A DNA stretch of 64,000 nt from an uncultured Mediterraneibacter sp. Its GTDB lineage: Bacteria; Bacillota; Clostridia; Lachnospirales; Lachnospiraceae. The stretch is taken from the NCBI GenBank assembly GCA_944381495.1, contig CALWLJ010000008.1, forward strand, positions 57,842 to 121,841. Reading direction: 5' to 3'. The notes beneath the pieces are model-generated. The model saw only the letters and a program-made list of their open reading frames with translations. It was not told the DNA's origin and ran no database searches. Positions 17,806 through 26,849 of the stretch are shown in pieces. The first letter of the stretch is position 1, and every line of letters starts with the position of its first letter. Position numbers and translations under genes: made by a program.

Positions 17806-19746
17806 ATGGGTTACGAAAAGCTTTTTACACCGTTTAAGGTAGGAAACATGGAAGTAAAGAACCGTATCGGCATGTCTCCCATGGGAACCAATTCTGCTTT
17901 TACCAACGGTAGGAAAGACGCACAGGAAATTGATTATTTTATCGAGAGAGCAAAAGGCGGAGCGGGAATTATTTTTATGGGATGCCAGATGCTCAATGAG
18001 AAGATTGCTCAGGGATCCATGGAAGGCTATCTGGATTCTTATACAGTTCTTCCTTCTCTTACATCTGTCTGTGACGGAGTTCACAGATATGGTGCGAAGA
18101 TTGTCTGTCAGGTCAGTCCGGGAACCGGAAGAAACGCCTTCCCGGATACATTCGGAAATCCGCCGATTTCTTCTTCAGAGACCCCATCTGTATTTAATCC
18201 GGAGATAAAATGTCATGCCATGACAAAAGAAGAAATAGCTCAGATGATGGAAGGTTTCAAGTTCGCAGCAGGGCTGGCAAGGGATGCGGGATATGATGCG
18301 ATTGAAATCCATGCTCATGCCGGATATCTGATCGATCAGTTTATGTCTCCTGTATGGAATTTGAGAACAGATGAATATGGCGGAAGTCCGGAAAACTGTG
18401 CCAGATTTCCGGTTGAGATCGTACAGGCGATTAAGAGCGTAGTAGGTGATTCTATGCCAGTCATTTTCCGTATTTCTCTGGACCATCGATTCCCGGGCGG
18501 AAGAACTATGGAAGACAGTATGAAGCTTCTGAAAATTTTGGAAGATGCAGGAGTAGACGCGTTTGATGTGGATGCCGGATGCTATGAGACGCTCGATTAC
18601 ATATTCCCGCCGTCCTATCTGGGAGAGTCCTGTATGTCCTATGTATGCGCAGAGGCAAGAAAAACGGTTCATGTCCCATTGTTCACGGCTGGAACGCTTG
18701 CACCGGATTCTGCACTGGAACTGATTGAGTCCGGGGTAGTAGATTTTACAAATATGGGACGTGCGTTGATCGCTGATCCGGAGCTCCCGAATAAACTGAT
18801 GGAAGGAAGACCGGAGGATATCCGGCCATGTCTGCGCTGCAATGAATACTGTATCGGAAGAATCTGGAACAGACATACTAAACTGAGCTGTGCAGTTAAT
18901 CCGCAGGCAATGGAAGAGGTGCGGTTCGAGATCAAAAAGACGGAGAGTCCGAAGAACGTAGTTGTCATAGGCGGCGGTCCGGCAGGTATGGAAGCTGCCC
19001 GTGTAGCGGCAATCGAAGGCCACCATGTTACCTTATTTGAAAAGAGCGGAAAACTGGGCGGAGTCATGGGAGATATCTGTACGGCGAAGTTCAAGCAGAA
19101 CATAAAAAAGCTGACACAGTGGTATAATGTCCAACTGAAGAAACTAAATGTGGATATACGGCTGAATACTGCAATAACAGGGGAGGAAGATATTCTGGCA
19201 GAATGTGATAAAATCATTGTGGGATGCGGCGCGGTCCCGGTCATGCCTCCGATTCCCGGAATTGACGGAGAAAACGTGATCTCCATTATGGATGCCCACA
19301 GAGATTTTTCCAAAGTGAAAGGTGACAATATTGTCGTGTGCGGAGGCGGCGCTTCCGGGCTGGATGGCGCTCTCGAGATGGCTTCCGAGATGGGAAAGAA
19401 AGTAACTGTTGTAGAAATGCTTCCCCAGTGCGGAAAGGATGTTTTCTTCATTAATCAGATTACTCTTTTCAGAAAACTGGAGGAAGCAGGCGTTACATTA
19501 ATGACGAATACTAAGGTCGTATCCATGGATGAGACAGGCCTTACTGTGGAATGTGAAGATGGAACGAAGAAAGAGATTAAGGCAGATACTATTGTGGCGG
19601 CATTCGGAATGCGTCAGGATCTGACGGTAGTAGATAAGATAAAGGCAAAATATCATATTAAGACAAGAGTGGTAGGAGACAGCAACCGGATCGGTAAGAT
19701 TGGAGAAGCTGTAAGAGACGGATTTTATGCTGCAACGAGTCTGTAA
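17806..19746 (+). CDS. NADH:flavin oxidoreductase (old yellow enzyme family with 4Fe-4S and FAD domains)
   Basis: EIHAHAGYL, CLRCNEYC...C cluster and GGGPAG; 646-aa 2,4-dienoyl-CoA/enoate-reductase architecture. Confidence 0.92.
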   Translation: MGYEKLFTPFKVGNMEVKNRIGMSPMGTNSAFTNGRKDAQEIDYFIERAKGGAGIIFMGCQMLNEKIAQGSMEGYLDSYTVLPSLTSVCDGVHRYGAKIVCQVSPGTGRNAFPDTFGNPPISSSETPSVFNPEIKCHAMTKEEIAQMMEGFKFAAGLARDAGYDAIEIHAHAGYLIDQFMSPVWNLRTDEYGGSPENCARFPVEIVQAIKSVVGDSMPVIFRISLDHRFPGGRTMEDSMKLLKILEDAGVDAFDVDAGCYETLDYIFPPSYLGESCMSYVCAEARKTVHVPLFTAGTLAPDSALELIESGVVDFTNMGRALIADPELPNKLMEGRPEDIRPCLRCNEYCIGRIWNRHTKLSCAVNPQAMEEVRFEIKKTESPKNVVVIGGGPAGMEAARVAAIEGHHVTLFEKSGKLGGVMGDICTAKFKQNIKKLTQWYNVQLKKLNVDIRLNTAITGEEDILAECDKIIVGCGAVPVMPPIPGIDGENVISIMDAHRDFSKVKGDNIVVCGGGASGLDGALEMASEMGKKVTVVEMLPQCGKDVFFINQITLFRKLEEAGVTLMTNTKVVSMDETGLTVECEDGTKKEIKADTIVAAFGMRQDLTVVDKIKAKYHIKTRVVGDSNRIGKIGEAVRDGFYAATSL

Positions 19747-19793
19747 AAACAATAAAGCGGGGAAAAATAATAGATAGGCCCCCTGATGATAAG

Positions 19794-19860
19794 AAGAGTT
19801 GATTTGACAGAGCTATGTGATTCACATTCACGTTTAATCTGTCAAATTGACTCTTTTTTC
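19794..19860 (+). terminator. Long-stem terminator-like hairpin
   Basis: 18-bp stem AAGAGTTGATTTGACAGA / TCTGTCAAATTGACTCTT (two G-U pairs), 26-nt loop, then TTTTC. Confidence 0.6.
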
Positions 19861-19966
19861 TTTAGACTCTTCGCTTTTTCCTTCCTTTGAATTTCTTGTC
19901 CGGGAATGGTAGGATTATGAGTTGTGGATGATAATCAGTAGTAAAGATCTTTAAGAGGTATTGAGT

Positions 19967-21703
19967 ATGAGCGAAGAAAAAGTATTAACGGGTAAACCAA
20001 GTATTGATCGTCCGTGGATGAAATATTATCCGGATATGATGATGAAGATGATCAAAATTCCTGGATGTACACTGGAACAGTATCTGAGAAACTGTTGTCC
20101 GGGAATGGATGTAGATGCCATGCATTATTACGGAGAAAATATTACCTGGCAGACGGTTTTCGATGAGGCAGACAAAACAGCAAGAGCATTGAAAGCGCTT
20201 GGATTTGGAGAGGGAGACCAGATTCCTGTTTATCTCCGTCTTGTCCCTGAATTCCTTTATCTTCTGCTTGCGGCAGAGAAGATCGGAGCATCCGTTCTGT
20301 GCCGTGATAACACGGTAGAAGAAAATGTTGAGGCGGCAAGAAAATCAGGAGCAAAGGCAATCATTGCTCATGATTTTATGTCCAAAAAGGAAATGAACGA
20401 GTTCCTGAATAACAGTGACGTGGAGAAAATCGTTCTTCTTTCACCTCTGCACTATGGAAGCCGCGATGCAATGCCGGCACATGTACAGGCTTGTCTGAAT
20501 GACTATTATCCGTCTGTATGCGCTTCCGGACCGGCGACTATGACATGGGATGAATTTATTGCTCAGGGAGAGTCTTATACAGGAACTGTAGAGGCTCCGG
20601 TTGATATTAACCGCCCGCTGTTCCGTGCATATACAAGTGGATCCACAGGCCCGTCCAAGCAGGTTATCCACTCATCTAACACAATGCTGAGCATTATCTG
20701 TCAGATGAATTTCTATGGCGGTGCAGAAGGAATGCGTCCAAACTGGATGGTAACATGCCTGCCTCCGGCTCTTGTTGCTGTTGTAGTATCTATGGTGCTG
20801 ATGCCTCTTGCATCTAATAAGCTTCTGATCCTGGATCCTTTCTGCTATGAAGAAGATGTTGATCTTGAACTGATGAGATATAAAGCAAATAACTGGCCAA
20901 TGATCCCGATGTTTATCGAGACAGTTATGCGCAATGGCCGTATTCCGGATGATTATGATCTGTCACATCTGCTTGCAGCTGGTGCAGGAAGTGAGGCATA
21001 CAACAATATCCAGCTGGAGAATGCAGAGAACTTCCTTCACGCACATAACTGCAATATCCGGTTCACGACAGGATATGGAAGCAGTGAGGCCGGATCGACC
21101 TTCTCACTTCCAATGGCTCCGAAACCGATCCGGGACGGAAACGTAGGTGTTCCGATGCCGCTGAGCGTAGTAAGTGTTTTCAAACCTGGAACACAGGAGG
21201 AGCTTACTTACAATCAGCTTGGAGAAATCTGTAAGACAGGCCCCGGAAACATGCTTGGATATGATAATCCGGAAGCAACTGCAAAAGCACTGCAGAAACA
21301 TGCAGACGGCAATGTATGGCTCCATACAGGAGATCTCGGATATATGGATGAGGACGGCGTGCTCTATGTCCTGAACAGAGGATATGCTCCGCGTTATGGC
21401 GGCGGTGATCTGGCTGTGCTTCCGATGGAAAACCTGGTGGCGAATGCAAGGATTGAAGGAATTGATGACGAGTTCTTTGTACTCCTTGATGATGACGAGC
21501 ATCCGGGATATTATTTACCGTATCTGTATGTTGTATTAAAAGACGGATATACAGTTGACAGTATCAGAGAAAAAGTAGAAGAATGCCTGGAAGAGTATCA
21601 GCGTCCGGTTGAGATCATCCAGATTGACAAGCGTCCGTTCTTCCACTTTAAGACAAACAGAATCGGTCTTATGAGAGAACTGAAAGCAGAATCTGCTTCA
21701 TAA
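19967..21703 (+). CDS. Class I adenylate-forming enzyme (acyl-CoA ligase-like)
   Basis: P-loop YTSGSTGPSK, GYGSSEA, GEICKTGP and HTGDLGYMDEDG. The start is set at ATG 19967 by the AGAGGT RBS. Confidence 0.9.
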   Translation: MSEEKVLTGKPSIDRPWMKYYPDMMMKMIKIPGCTLEQYLRNCCPGMDVDAMHYYGENITWQTVFDEADKTARALKALGFGEGDQIPVYLRLVPEFLYLLLAAEKIGASVLCRDNTVEENVEAARKSGAKAIIAHDFMSKKEMNEFLNNSDVEKIVLLSPLHYGSRDAMPAHVQACLNDYYPSVCASGPATMTWDEFIAQGESYTGTVEAPVDINRPLFRAYTSGSTGPSKQVIHSSNTMLSIICQMNFYGGAEGMRPNWMVTCLPPALVAVVVSMVLMPLASNKLLILDPFCYEEDVDLELMRYKANNWPMIPMFIETVMRNGRIPDDYDLSHLLAAGAGSEAYNNIQLENAENFLHAHNCNIRFTTGYGSSEAGSTFSLPMAPKPIRDGNVGVPMPLSVVSVFKPGTQEELTYNQLGEICKTGPGNMLGYDNPEATAKALQKHADGNVWLHTGDLGYMDEDGVLYVLNRGYAPRYGGGDLAVLPMENLVANARIEGIDDEFFVLLDDDEHPGYYLPYLYVVLKDGYTVDSIREKVEECLEEYQRPVEIIQIDKRPFFHFKTNRIGLMRELKAESAS

Positions 21704-21957
21704 GGAAGATATCTGATTACGGATAAAAAATATTTTTAACAGAAATCAATTTTATGAGGGTAAATGAAAATGGGATTTTTCACACTTCATCCGTGTGAAA
21801 AATCCCGTTTTTAATACGGGAAAGTAACGGATCATCCGAGATATTTCGAAGGATGCAGATGAGGGGCGGGGGAAAATTATAGATCAGGTACTGAATATCC
21901 AGTGACAGGCGTGTGTATAATTATAGTGTACAAATCGTTGCAATTGATTTGCAACGA
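21069..21957 (+). repeat. Direct repeat, copy 1 (ligase 3' end plus downstream intergenic DNA)
   Basis: Aligns with 22283-23173 at an offset of 1214 bp in the coding part. Confidence 0.95.
21768..21812 (+). terminator. Terminator after the ligase (copy 1)
   Basis: GGGATTTTTCACAC / GTGTGAAAAATCCC stem followed by a T-run. Confidence 0.75.
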
Positions 21958-21991
21958 AAAAGAAATCGTTGCAAATCGATTGCAACGATTT
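21932..21991. repeat. Two tandem palindromes TCGTTGCAA-N5-TTGCAACGA
   Basis: Units at 21935-21957 and 21963-21991 (arms up to 12 bp), 31 bp apart. Confidence 0.9.
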
Positions 21992-22042
21992 TATACTATA
22001 TATAACATATCCCCGATTTATATAGCAAAGGAGAAAATAAAT

Positions 22043-22282
22043 ATGCGGGAAGGCAAACATCTGGAATTAAAAGAAAATATTGAATCAAATACATTTATGA
22101 AAACAATAAGTGCCTATGCCAATTATGACGGAGGAAAAATTATCTTTGGTATAGATGACAACGGAAATGTAAAAGGAATTTTAAATCCTGAAGAAGCATG
22201 TCTGAATCTAGAAAATAAAATCAATGACAGTATGAAACCTGTACCGGAATATAGCATAGAGATTCAAGACGATTCAACAATC
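22043..22282 (+). pseudogene. Truncated AlbA_2/Schlafen-like ATP-binding protein (N-terminal 80 codons only)
   Basis: AAGGAG RBS and MREGKHLELKE...KTISAYANYDGGKIIFGIDD, the E-x-K...AxAN..GG..hGh-D signature. It then reads out of frame into the duplicated ligase DNA and stops at 22360. Confidence 0.82.
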
Positions 22283-22917
22283 CAGGATACGGAAGCAGTG
22301 AGGCTGGATCAACGTTCTCACTTCCGATGGCTCCGAAGCCGATCAGAGACGGAAACGTAGGTGTTCCGATGCCGCTGAGTGTAGTAAGTGTTTTCAAACC
22401 TGGAACACAGGAGGAGCTTACTTACAATCAGCTTGGAGAAATCTGTAAGACAGGCCCCGGAAACATGCTTGGATATGATAATCCGGAAGCAACTGCAAAA
22501 GCACTGCAGAAACATGCAGACGGCAATGTATGGCTCCATACAGGAGATCTCGGATATATGGATGAGGACGGTGTAATCTATGTTTTGAACAGAGGATATG
22601 CTCCTCGTTATGGCGGCGGCGACCTGGCTGTGCTCCCGATGGAAAACCTTGTGGCAAACGCACGGATCGATGGAATTGATGACGAGTTCTTTGTACTCCT
22701 TGATGATGATGAGCATCCGGGATATTATGTACCGTATCTGTATGTTGTATTAAAAGACGGATATACAGTTGACAGTATCAGAGAAAAGGTAGAAGAGTGT
22801 CTGGAAGAGTATCAGCACCCGGTTGAAATCATCCAGATTGACAAGCGTCCGTTCTTCCACTTTAAGACGAACAGAATCGGCCTTATGAGAGAACTGAAGG
22901 CAGAGTCTGCTTCATAA
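22283..22917 (+). pseudogene. 5'-truncated second copy of the adenylate-forming ligase
   Basis: By manual alignment, 36 substitutions in 635 bp against 21069-21703, with no indels. The P-loop half of the gene is absent. Confidence 0.92.
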
Positions 22918-23173
22918 GGAAGATATGTGATCACGGCTAAAAAATATTTTTATCAGAAATCAATTTTATGAGGGTAAATACGGCGGGATTTTTCACACTG
23001 ATAAAGTGCGGAAAATCCCGTTTTTTTGTTAGGAGAAAGTGACGGATTAGCTGGAGATGTTTTAAAGGATGCAGATGAGTGACGGGGAAAATTATAGATA
23101 GGTATTGAACCTCCGATGATGGGAGTATGTCTAATAATAGTGTACGAATCGTTGCAATCGATTTGCAACAATT
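22283..23173 (+). repeat. Direct repeat, copy 2, ending at a third TCGTTGCAA-N5-TTGCAAC palindrome
   Basis: Includes a variant terminator (22984-23027) and AATCGTTGCAA-TCGAT-TTGCAACAATT at 23147-23173. Confidence 0.93.
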
Positions 23174-23331
23174 GAAGCAGACAGACTGGAATATGGATAT
23201 TTTTCAGAAGAAAGAGAGTAATCTATCCTCTCGGTTTTTTACAATTCCCCCTAAGTTTTATTCCTTTTTTTTATCCGGAAATTTTTTTATATTATAGACA
23301 TAAACAAGAAAATAAAATAAAAACGAAAGGA

Positions 23332-24615
23332 ATGAAAAGCATGAAAAGAAAAATTCTTGCAGCTTTCCTTGCTGCGGCAATGGGAGCAACACTGATCGTT
23401 GGATGCGGATCTAACGGTTCCGGCGGAAGCGGAGATTCAGGAGCAGATGAGGGAAGTTCCAGCGGCGAAAAGGTACATATCACATGGTATTCGGCTGATA
23501 ACGGATCCGGAGCGCAGCAGGCTCTGGTGGATGCGTTTAATGCCTCCCAGGACAAGATCGAGGTAGAATGGATCGAAGGCTCCAGCAAATCAGATGACTT
23601 CAAGCAGCAGCTTATGACGTCCCTGTCGGCAGGAAGTGATGAGTATGATGTGATCTTGATGGACTGCTGCTGGGTATCGGATATCGCGGCTTCCGGATAT
23701 CTGGAACCTGTCGATGAATATATGATGGATGCGGGCCTCAGCGCTGCGGATTTTAATCCCGGTACGATCCAGGCCAATACATACAGCGCCAAGCTGTACG
23801 CACTTCCGCTGTATGTAGACTGCGCGTCTCTCTGTGTGAGAAATGACATTGTATCTCCCGAGGATCTGGAAGTGCTGGTAAGCGGAGACTATACTTACAG
23901 AGATCTGATGGATATGGCTGCAAAGTATACCGGACAGGGCGGAACCCAATACGGACTTGCCGTCCAGGCAAACCAGTATGAAGGACTTGTGTGCAATGTA
24001 AATGAGTGGACGAGCAACTTTACAAACATCAAAGGAGGGCTTGAAGAATTCAAAGAGGCTGTCAAAGCGGATTATACATCTGACAAACAGCTTTCCATGA
24101 TCGAATCAGACGGCGTGGATCTGATGACATCCGGTCAGTGCGTTATGTACAGGGGATGGGGATCTACATATTCCAACTTTACGGATGAGACAGAGGTCGG
24201 ACCTGATCAGATCACACCGGCCTGCCTTCCCAACAGCGGCGGCTCAACTCTCGGAGGCTGGGAGATGGGTATCAATGCCAACTCAGCACAGAAGGAGGCC
24301 GCATGGGAATTTGTGAAATATGCTACATCAGGAGAAGGCAATATGGTATTCTGCAAGACCGGGAACAGTATTCCGGGATATACAAAGAATGCGGAATCAG
24401 AGGAACTGTTTGAGTCCAATGATATCGTTGAAAGTGACGGAATACAGAATTCTCTTAAGATAACAATCTCAAGGCCGACGGTAGAAAGATACAATGAACT
24501 TTCCGACGGACTTCAGGTTGCGATCCATACTTATCTGTCGGATGAGGCCGAGATCGATGAAACAGTGACAGAGGTTGAGAACCTTCTGAACGAATATGGA
24601 TTTCAGCCGCAATAA
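23332..24615 (+). CDS. Sugar ABC transporter substrate-binding lipoprotein
   Basis: Lipobox LIVGC, Gly/Ser linker, KLYALPLYVD and TLGGWEMGINANS. Confidence 0.92.
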   Translation: MKSMKRKILAAFLAAAMGATLIVGCGSNGSGGSGDSGADEGSSSGEKVHITWYSADNGSGAQQALVDAFNASQDKIEVEWIEGSSKSDDFKQQLMTSLSAGSDEYDVILMDCCWVSDIAASGYLEPVDEYMMDAGLSAADFNPGTIQANTYSAKLYALPLYVDCASLCVRNDIVSPEDLEVLVSGDYTYRDLMDMAAKYTGQGGTQYGLAVQANQYEGLVCNVNEWTSNFTNIKGGLEEFKEAVKADYTSDKQLSMIESDGVDLMTSGQCVMYRGWGSTYSNFTDETEVGPDQITPACLPNSGGSTLGGWEMGINANSAQKEAAWEFVKYATSGEGNMVFCKTGNSIPGYTKNAESEELFESNDIVESDGIQNSLKITISRPTVERYNELSDGLQVAIHTYLSDEAEIDETVTEVENLLNEYGFQPQ

Positions 24616-24740
24616 TTAAATCAGGACTTTATTCCGTGGATCACAGACCGGAATTTATGTCGGGCTGCTGTTTATAACAGACAGCAGCCTTTCTTATACC
24701 CAAAATTGGGGAAAATCACTGAAAATGGAGGTGCTTATAC

Positions 24741-25976
24741 GTGGTTAAGAGGATGACACTCAAGCAATTTGTATTTATTATCCCGCTGCTTGTATTCATA
24801 GGCGTGTTCTCTTTCTATCCTATCATCACATCCTTCATGTATTCGCTGTTTGATTACAGGAACAATGATCAGTCTTATAACGGATTTTTTATCTCGGAGC
24901 AATTTAACGGATCCTTATTCCAGGAGGACTGCAAGTATGTCAATTACTTCCTGGATGCGGACAAGATGCTTATGGATGAGGCTGACCAGGCCGAGATCAG
25001 CGCGGTGCAGGAAGACGTAACGGCAATGATGGAAAAGTATGCTGATATAACAGACACGGAGAAGATATCGGACAGTCAGATGACAGAGATCAAGGAATTC
25101 AACAGAGATATCAGAGAGCGGATCATGGCTGTATATGACAGCGATAAATATGCCGGTGTTGAATTTTATAACGCGGAAAATATGCCGGCTATCCTGGACA
25201 ATCTGGACTCAACGATCGTGACGAGCAATTTTGTCGGTCTGACAAACTATATCAATCTGGCGAAAGACGGACGTTTCTGGGCGGATGTAGGACACACGCT
25301 GCTGTTTACCGTAGTTTCCGTATTCTTTGAATTCATCCTGGGATTATGTCTGGCTCTGATCATGAACCAGAGTATCCGCGGGATCGGAGCGATCCGTACC
25401 ATGGGGCTGATCCCGTGGGCGATCCCGACAGCGGTATCCGCCATGATGTGGAAATACATGTATGACGGCGACTTTGGCGTGGTCGCTCATATTTTCAACA
25501 AACTGGGTCTCATTGATACGCAGGCGTCTATGCTGATGACTCCGGACGGAGCCATGGCATCAGCGATCATCGCAGATATCTGGAAGACGACGCCATATAT
25601 GGCGCTGCTTCTTCTGGCAGGCCTCCAGGTGATCGACAGCGGATTGTATGAAGCAGCATCGATCGACGGTTCCGGGAAAGTAGGTACATTTTTCAGGATC
25701 ACGCTGCCCCTTATGAAACCCAGCATCATGGTAGCTCTGCTGTTCCGTACACTGGATTCGTTCCGGGTATTCGATCTGCTGACCATCCTGACGGGCGGCG
25801 GCCCCGGAAACGGAACAGAAACCCTTTCCATATATTCAAACAAGCTGATATTCAGCCAGAGCAACTACGGATACGGATCTGCGGTAGTCATCGGTATGTT
25901 CGTATGCGTCGCGATCATTGCGTTTATCTATATGAAGGTTCTGGGCGCGGATGTGATCAGCGACAAGACGGCCTAG
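24741..25976 (+). CDS. Sugar ABC transporter permease with a large extracytoplasmic insertion
   Basis: FVGLTNY, EAA loop LYEAASIDG and IWKTTPYMALLLLAGLQ. Confidence 0.93.
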   Translation: MVKRMTLKQFVFIIPLLVFIGVFSFYPIITSFMYSLFDYRNNDQSYNGFFISEQFNGSLFQEDCKYVNYFLDADKMLMDEADQAEISAVQEDVTAMMEKYADITDTEKISDSQMTEIKEFNRDIRERIMAVYDSDKYAGVEFYNAENMPAILDNLDSTIVTSNFVGLTNYINLAKDGRFWADVGHTLLFTVVSVFFEFILGLCLALIMNQSIRGIGAIRTMGLIPWAIPTAVSAMMWKYMYDGDFGVVAHIFNKLGLIDTQASMLMTPDGAMASAIIADIWKTTPYMALLLLAGLQVIDSGLYEAASIDGSGKVGTFFRITLPLMKPSIMVALLFRTLDSFRVFDLLTILTGGGPGNGTETLSIYSNKLIFSQSNYGYGSAVVIGMFVCVAIIAFIYMKVLGADVISDKTA

Positions 25977-25991
25977 GAAGGAGGAATTGAG

Positions 25992-26822
25992 ATGAAAAAG
26001 AAAACGGCTTTTGACTGGGCCTGCCTGGTTTTTATTATCCTGTTTTTGTTTATTACGGTATTTCCCTTTTTATGGATCGTGATCACTTCCTTTAAAACAG
26101 ACGCCGATATCCACGGGGCGGCGACCTATGCTTTGCTCTCCGCCCATCCGACGATCGAGAATTATATCGCGGTGATCTTTGACAAAGGAGTCCTCAACGC
26201 AATCAAGAACAGTCTGATCATAGCGGCTCTGACTACGGTCTATGTGACCATTACAGCTTCCATGTCTGCTTATATTATCGCTAGGTTCAGGTTTAAAGGC
26301 AGGACTCTTCTGGTGGTCATTATCCTGGGAGTTTCTATGTTCCCGCAGATGATATTGATCGGACCTATTTTTAATATGTTCTATCAGCTGGGATGGCTGA
26401 ACAGTTATATGATCACCCTGCCTTACGGCTGTATTACCCTGCCAAGTGCGGTATGGATCATGATGACTCATTTCAGACAGGTTCCGGCCTCTCTGGAAGA
26501 GGCGGCGAAAATGGACGGATGTTCTCCGTGGAAAACTTTATGGAAGATTATCTTTCCCATTGCCGCACCCGGAATTTTTGCATCTGCTATCCTGACGTTT
26601 ATATCCGCATGGAACGAGTATCTTCTTTCACTGACACTGAACTCGGATGTAAGCTGGATGTCCGTTCCGGTCCGTATCGCCAGCCTTCAGAATGAATATA
26701 CCATTTATTGGGGGCAGATCACGGCTGCCGCGGCGCTCGTAACGATCCCGACCCTGATCATCGTACTGCTGTTCCAGAAGCAGATCGTATCAGGTATCGC
26801 AAGCGGCGGTGTTAAAGAATAA
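25992..26822 (+). CDS. Sugar ABC transporter permease
   Basis: EAA loop LEEAAKMDG and AWNEYLL. Confidence 0.94.
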   Translation: MKKKTAFDWACLVFIILFLFITVFPFLWIVITSFKTDADIHGAATYALLSAHPTIENYIAVIFDKGVLNAIKNSLIIAALTTVYVTITASMSAYIIARFRFKGRTLLVVIILGVSMFPQMILIGPIFNMFYQLGWLNSYMITLPYGCITLPSAVWIMMTHFRQVPASLEEAAKMDGCSPWKTLWKIIFPIAAPGIFASAILTFISAWNEYLLSLTLNSDVSWMSVPVRIASLQNEYTIYWGQITAAAALVTIPTLIIVLLFQKQIVSGIASGGVKE

Positions 26823-26849
26823 AGAAAAAGGAAGGAGTTAAGAGAAGAT

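Noticed and set aside
17806-21703. Calling the OYE and ligase the bai (bile acid 7-dehydroxylation) genes
   Set aside because: Only family-level resemblance; none of the other bai genes (SDR, dehydratase, CoA transferase, transporter) is present.
21902-22042. 47-aa N-terminal extension of the AlbA ORF in the ORF track
   Set aside because: It is a translation of the palindrome and promoter region; the RBS supports ATG 22043.
22327-22917. 196-aa ORF as an independent functional gene
   Set aside because: It is the C-terminal part of the duplicated ligase, lacks the P-loop and has no RBS.
15791-23200. tRNA-Arg as the att site of an integrated island
   Set aside because: Accessory genes follow the tRNA, but I found no downstream repeat of its 3' end and no integrase. 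This was a visual search only.
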